The translations under genes were made by a program, and so were the position numbers. Below are positions 61,900 through 64,000 of a stretch of 64,000 bases of DNA, in pieces; position 1 is the stretch's first letter, and each line of letters opens with the position of its first letter. Below the pieces are notes generated by a model, which had not been told where the DNA came from, searched no databases, and was given only the letters and a program-made list of their open reading frames with translations. This DNA is from Scyliorhinus canicula (Eukaryota): contig NC_052152.1 of assembly GCF_902713615.1 (NCBI RefSeq), forward strand, positions 37,919,810 through 37,983,809, in the 5' to 3' direction.

Positions 61900-63370
61900 T
61901 TAGTTGAGTTGACATTATAGTAGGATTGAATGTCTTTTCAAAACAGGATTCTCAGGAACCTGCAAAGCCTCTTGTAGATGAATTGAATGGATTTTTTAGC
62001 AGGTTTGGAAATGATGAATTCTATTGATGTGATTCTGCAGCAGTCTTCTCTTTTTTTTGAAATAGTAAGATCTCCAGTTACTATCAACAAATGGGAGGTA
62101 GAGAAGCGATTTAAGCTTGTGAATCCACGGAAAGCATGTGGCAAAGTTCCGATCAGCAGAAAATTCTTAAGGAATGTGTTCTTCAGTTGGCAGTTCCTTT
62201 TGCTCTGTTCTTTCAGAAAGCGCTTGACATGCATAGAGTTCTTTGCTGTTAGAAATCAGCCATCTTCGTTTCAGCTGCTAAGAAGTTGCAGCCTTCTTAT
62301 CTGAATAATTACCGGCCAGTTGCTCTTAATCAATAATTGTGAAGTGTTTTGAGCACACTGTGTCACAGCAGCTTTTAGATCCTCTTGTTCCACATATTGA
62401 ACAATTATAATTTGCCTATCAGCCTCAAGTCAGTGGATGATGTTGTTCTGACCTTGGTCCATCTGATTCATCAACACGCAGATAGATTAGGCAACTATGC
62501 TTGTGCTATCTTTGCTGCTTTCTCTTCAACATTTAATAGCATGCAAGATGATTGAAAAACCTTGATTTCAATCCTACTGTGAGACTTCAATCAGTGATTT
62601 CCTTTCCAACAGGAACCAACGAATGTTAACAAATACTGGATCTCCTCAGCTGCGATGTCTGTCACATTTCATCCTCAATACAAATGATTGTTGATCAGAT
62701 TGAACAACAAAACGATCCTGAAGTGTGCTGATCATGCTGTACTTGTGACTCTCATCAAGGATAATAAAGTAAAGTCCAGGTGCAATAGCAATTCTCTTAA
62801 ACTAAACGAAAACAAGACAATATAACTAGTTATAAACTTCAGGGAAAAGTCAATTTTATGATCTTATTCCTGTGAAGATTTATGATATATGGACACTGAA
62901 ATAGTTATCAGTTCTAGGTGTCAGTGTAGAGTAGAAGTTGAATTGGAGGAACTGTGTATAATAGATCAGTTGGCCAAGGGACATGCATAATTATATGAAT
63001 GCAGAAAATTAAAATCTTTTGGAGCAGATTCTACAACCATGAAACTCTTCCATGTCGCTGCAGTTGAGAATGTTAGTCTTTTTGGATGTCTCGCCTGGCA
63101 GACAGGTCTGCTAGGAAAGCAGACCCTTCAAGTGTGCTGAGATTGTTGAACCAAGCAGGGAAGGCATTTGATATGCAGATCCTTCGAAATGAAGTCTGCT
63201 GTCAAGAATTTTATAACTTGTTTCAGTATGTTGTGTTCTGGGAAAAGACTGCAATCCCTCGGATGCAGGACAAATCGGTTCCTGAATTTGTTTTGTGCTC
63301 TTCCCTTTTAAGAACTTGTAGCAGGAGTTTGATGTATGGAAGAGGATTTGTGGTTAGGGGTGGATTTACT
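61900..63370 (+). mobile_element. Heavily decayed Rex1/Babar-like RT
   Basis: Remnant motifs NPRKACG, NYRPVAL, KCFE, FAY and FSSTFN in order with many stops. Confidence 0.6.
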
Positions 63371-64000
63371 GGTTGATTATTTTAATACATATTCAAATTA
63401 AACCTCTGTTAATGAGTATTCTTATTTTTCTGCTTATTCATTAACGTGTAATTTTTTAACAAATGAGTGATGTTACCAGAAATGAAAATTGAACTGAATT
63501 GACACCAGGCTGTTCGTGGCATGCCCTCCTGCCCACCCTGTAATTCTCCATCCCCAACTGGCTGAATTCCTGACCGCGTGTTTCTAATGTGGTCCTGCTG
63601 TTCTGGAAACACGTGGCTGCGGACTCAGTCTGTGGTCGCCACAGTCGGGGGCGGGCTGATTGGAGGGCAGGGGGACTGGGAGCTATGTGTACGGGCTGTC
63701 TGGGTCGGGCGAGCGGCCAATGCGGGGCACTATTTTGGCGGTCCAGGTCACGGGCTGAGTCTACAATGTGGCTAGTGGAGGCCGCTGCCGTGCGTGTGCA
63801 GGGGACCGTATCGGCAGCTTGAGTTGCGAGCTCCACAACAGCTGCCTGCAAACCCTCTGCAAAGCTGTGAATCTGTGGCCTTATGACGCCTTTTCCTGGC
63901 GTAAAAGACCAAAAATTCCACGGCGGCGTGGGGACACTAGTCCCAGGGAACCTTCTTCCATTGGCCCTTACTTTACAATGCTTTAACAATCCTTTTGTAG

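Noticed and set aside
63456-63989. GC-rich 177-aa ORF at the window end
   Set aside because: No recognisable protein and not CEP97 exon 3; probably a repeat fragment I cannot classify.

Overview
Vertebrate genomic DNA, very probably a shark or other elasmobranch (inferred from abundant HE1/V-SINE-type SINEs plus CR1, L1, Rex-Babar and Penelope repeats). The window holds the conserved ZBTB11(-) / RPL24(-) / CEP97(+) cluster. ZBTB11 coding exons 1-7 are present and the gene continues off the left edge. All six RPL24 coding exons are present, but exon 3 is one base short in an A-run, probably a consensus error. CEP97 exons 1-2 are present and the gene continues off the right edge. RPL24 and CEP97 are head-to-head with only about 250 bp between their ATGs. 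Introns are full of nested mobile elements: a full-length L1 containing a solo LTR that itself contains a SINE, a chimeric L1, a Buster-type hAT deletion derivative, Harbinger relics, and a 4x183 bp tandem amplification of a CR1 endonuclease segment. The most unusual signals are RNA-derived. (i) Three palindromic Penelope-type insertions, two of which carry a complete minimal hammerhead ribozyme motif. (ii) A diverged U2 snRNA-derived element that keeps U2 stems through compensatory changes but has lost the branch-point and Sm sequences. (iii) A TSD-flanked, tailless retrocopy of exactly the 5' exon of intron-containing pre-tRNA-Ile(TAT). (iv) A candidate poison exon in ZBTB11 intron 3. All homologies were recognised by eye and from memory; no searches were run.
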